A DNA stretch of 63,517 bases, the filler included, from Saprolegnia diclina VS20 (taxonomy: Eukaryota), in the NCBI RefSeq assembly GCF_000281045.1. It is 7 parts of 3 records of this genome, joined end to end, with 100 filler letters (N's around TTAATTAATTAA, not from the genome) between each part and the next. Parts side by side here need not be neighbours in the genome. Positions count along the whole stretch, not along the records: positions 52,387 to 61,524 come from NW_008246149.1; positions 61,625 to 63,517 come from NW_008246150.1; 5 more parts are not named here. One strand, given 5' to 3'. Shown one piece after another: positions 60,481-63,517 of this stretch (its first letter is position 1; every line of letters begins with the position of its first letter). The position numbers and the translations under genes were made by a program. The notes beneath the pieces were generated by a model, which worked only from the letters and a program-made list of their open reading frames with translations, was not told the DNA's origin and searched no databases.

Positions 60481-61380
60481 CACATTCGCCATGTGAATGC
60501 GTGTTTGTAGTAGGAAATGTGTGTTGGACGTGCATAGTACACGAGCCCGTAAGTGTGGAAGGCACCCACACTGTCCAAGCTACGACAGACATACCGCTAG
60601 GTTGCACGCGGGCCCGATACAAAACTGAAATAAAAATGCGCGACAGCGCCCTGCACAAACCTTCTACACGGATCAAACCACTGCGCATGCCACGAGAAAG
60701 CCCGCTAGATGGCCCACCGGCCCTATGCCCCACCTCAACCACAAAGACTAACCACACCCTGCCCCAAGAAAACTTGGAGCAGGTACTTGAACTTCAATGC
60801 ACATGATCCCGTCCACCGACGAGTTCAAACTACGTCACACGTAGTACACGATCCCTTCGCTAGATTGCACGCTACCCCAATGCAAAACCTCAACCAAAGA
60901 GCTCGACCAAAACCTGTCCCAAGAAAACACGAGGTTAACCCTAGTCCTCTATTCAAGTAAATAAATTTCGCTAAATAAAATTGTCGGACTTTCTTCGTTG
61001 TGTACACTCGGTGGAGGAACTTGATCTAGGCAGGCGGAGGCAGGAGCGCGATCCGCGGGACAAGGTGTTGGCGCGGCCACTCGCGTTGGGCGAGGAGCTG
61101 GTGAAGCCGACGAAGGGCAGGCTGCTCGGGCTCGTGAACGAGGCTGTGGCGCAAGTGCAGTTGAGCGACACGCGCCGCCTTGACGGCAATCGTCCATGGA
61201 CTTGGTAGTGGGAGGTCGGCGCGATGGTCTCGGCACCGTAGTGTGTCGAGATGACAGTTCGTTGGCGATGTGAACTTGCTGCCACCCCCAGAGTATACTC
61301 AGCGCTGCTCACAATTCATGGTGGTACTCGGCGACATCGCCGCATCCGTGTCGTCTCGACCCAGTAGACAACATATCTTT

Positions 61381-61441
61381 AATCGAGTTGACAGATCTTG
61401 ATAACTTACATTGAATTGAGTTGACAGATCTTGATAACTTA
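61381..61441. repeat. 33-bp-period direct repeat (GAGTTGACAGATCTTGATAACTTA x2)
   Basis: Read directly from the sequence. Confidence 0.85.
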
Positions 61442-61781
61442 GTCAGCTACGACGATCGTAAGCTTCGTTTATATCGCTAACTGACAACTTCGGTCGTCGA
61501 GGGGTGTGTTGTCGATGCAATGAANNNNNNNNNNNNNNNNNNNNNNNNNNNNNNNNNNNNNNNNNNNNTTAATTAATTAANNNNNNNNNNNNNNNNNNNN
61601 NNNNNNNNNNNNNNNNNNNNNNNNGCGACCCGACTGTGCTGATTGTGTGTCAGACCATGGTCAGACCTTTTCATTTCACATTTCACACGATGTAGAAAAT
61701 ACAACGCGTCGATACAAAAAGTGGCGCATGCAGTGAAAACCACATTTATCACCGTGGGTTTCACCGATTGCACTTTACAAG

Positions 61782-63053
61782 ATGCTGGGTCGAGCGACAG
61801 TGGCGTCGCTCGATGCGCTCCAGACGATGGCCAAGACCGTGCTCGCCAAGGCGACGCGTGCACGTAACCCAACAGTGCATGACGTCCAAGGCCACCTCGC
61901 CGAGTGGAAAGCTCTCTACGACGTCCTGGACACGATACAGGACCCCGTGGCCTTCCATGCCCATGCGATTGCCCTCGAGGATGCCTACAGCTGCGATGCA
62001 TCGACCATCAACTTTGCTGCGCGCGTGCACCAACTCCATCCCATGGCATTCGCCCAGGACACTGCAATGCGTCGCCCGCCGACGTCGCTGCAGTCGACGC
62101 TCTCGCGTTGTCCGCACTGCGGCGCCTCCATCGCTCCGACGACGGTCTTTCGCCTGCATTTGCAGCAAGCTCTCACTGTCTGCCACGCGTGTCACGGTCG
62201 CTTCGACTACGATACGTACAAGCTCGCTGCGTACATTGATGCGCATCCGTTCTGCGCTGTGAGTACAACAGTCGTCGTCGACACGCCGTCGTTGCCGCGC
62301 GACGGCTCATGGGATACCTTTTTGACACTGCAGGCCGCTGCCATTCGTGCTACTGGCCCATCGCAAGACGCGTACAACGGCGCGCAGATGATCCAACGAC
62401 GTCATATGCTCGCGAGCATTCGCCGCAGCCTCAACCCCGCGCTCTCACTCGATCTTGTCCACGGCATCTTTCGGCAGCTGCGGTTTCTTGAGACCATTGG
62501 CAGCGCGTACGACTACTGGAATGACGCGGCCGTGCTAACAGCGTCAATTGAGCGGTACGAGCGCTTTATGGCGCTGACGTCGCCGATGCCGCTGGTGCCG
62601 ACCGTGGACATTGACCTCGTCTGGCATGCGCACTTGACGCAGCCCGAGCACTACGCCCGGTACTGTTACCGCGTCCGAGGTGCCGTGCTGGACCACAACG
62701 ACAGCAAGCGTTCGCTCTTGCAAAGCCTCGAGCGCACCCGTGCGTTGTGGCAACACGCGTTCAACGAGCCGTACACGAAACTGAGCAGCATGACGGCCGT
62801 GGGCACGCCCGTGACCGAGATGCCGCCGAGCCGCTGGGGCACCGTCCTCGTGCCCTACAACACGACAGCGCTTGTGAACCGCATCCTGTTGAGCACCGCG
62901 CCAACGCGGAAGCCGCAGCCGTCGATGGATGGAACGTCGGGCGACCATTATCTGTGCGATAGTAGCTGGCCTTACTACTACCAACGCCGCACGACGACGG
63001 AAGAGAGCGAGGACGCGAGCAATAGTGGCAGTGATGGCTGCAGTGGTGATTAA
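61782..63053 (+). CDS. GRDP/DUF1399-like protein (start uncertain)
   Basis: ASIERYERFMAL..PLVPTVDIDLVWHAHLTQPEHY...LDHND, plus CPHC/CHAC zinc-ribbon pairs. Confidence 0.75.
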   Translation: MLGRATVASLDALQTMAKTVLAKATRARNPTVHDVQGHLAEWKALYDVLDTIQDPVAFHAHAIALEDAYSCDASTINFAARVHQLHPMAFAQDTAMRRPPTSLQSTLSRCPHCGASIAPTTVFRLHLQQALTVCHACHGRFDYDTYKLAAYIDAHPFCAVSTTVVVDTPSLPRDGSWDTFLTLQAAAIRATGPSQDAYNGAQMIQRRHMLASIRRSLNPALSLDLVHGIFRQLRFLETIGSAYDYWNDAAVLTASIERYERFMALTSPMPLVPTVDIDLVWHAHLTQPEHYARYCYRVRGAVLDHNDSKRSLLQSLERTRALWQHAFNEPYTKLSSMTAVGTPVTEMPPSRWGTVLVPYNTTALVNRILLSTAPTRKPQPSMDGTSGDHYLCDSSWPYYYQRRTTTEESEDASNSGSDGCSGD

Positions 63054-63517
63054 AGCGAGACTACTAAGGTATCAAGTTGATATTTAATCGCCGTACGGTC
63101 CGACGATATGATTGCACTGGCTGCAGACAGCAATGGAACGTTTGGTGGGGCAGTGCATGAGACCCGAGGTGGTCGGAAACGGCGTTGCGCCAACCCCCGA
63201 CCATTGTACATCTTCCATGAAAATATGAATGCTGCAGCGCGTGCCAGCTCATCACACCTGGTGGAACTGTCATAACATGTTTTCTCGGTAAATATAATGC
63301 ACACAATGTGTCATTTAATAAAAATCGGATTGCATAACACTTGTTAGAACTCAGACGCAGAATGCCAATCGTCGCGATATCCGAAATCGATGCAAGCGCC
63401 AAACTACCGGTACGCGGGGGCGGTGCTCGCCGACTGGGGCGACGTCGCTGTGTGGAAGCGCGGCTTCCTCGACGCCGCAGCTGCGCAAGGCCTGCGTGAG
63501 TACTACACGGTGAAGGA

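Overview
Eukaryotic, GC-rich draft-assembly window with very short GT-AG introns and oomycete INR+FPR core promoters; most likely an oomycete, probably Saprolegniales (inference). Left to right: (1) a PDR/ABCG transporter locus with one long gene, an inverted near-identical copy and three relics; (2) a decayed Copia LTR retrotransposon whose empty and filled sites both appear in the assembly; (3) DNA-transposon debris, including two 31-bp TSD-flanked palindromes that look like P-element excision footprints; (4) a Tousled-like kinase, two B12D/NDUFA4 genes, a PDZ protein and a mucin-like membrane protein; (5) five AAAP amino-acid transporter paralogs; (6) the most notable feature, three tandem fatty acyl-AMP ligase (FAAL) genes, the one complete copy being a FAAL-ACP-alpha-oxoamine synthase fusion, i.e. 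a candidate CoA-independent aminolipid/sphingoid-base assembly line; (7) a PT-repeat/tectonin-like gene end, a defective Gypsy element with an extra archaeal-type RNase H, and a GRDP/DUF1399-like gene. Six N44-TTAATTAATTAA-N44 spacers are artificial, so distances across them are unreliable.
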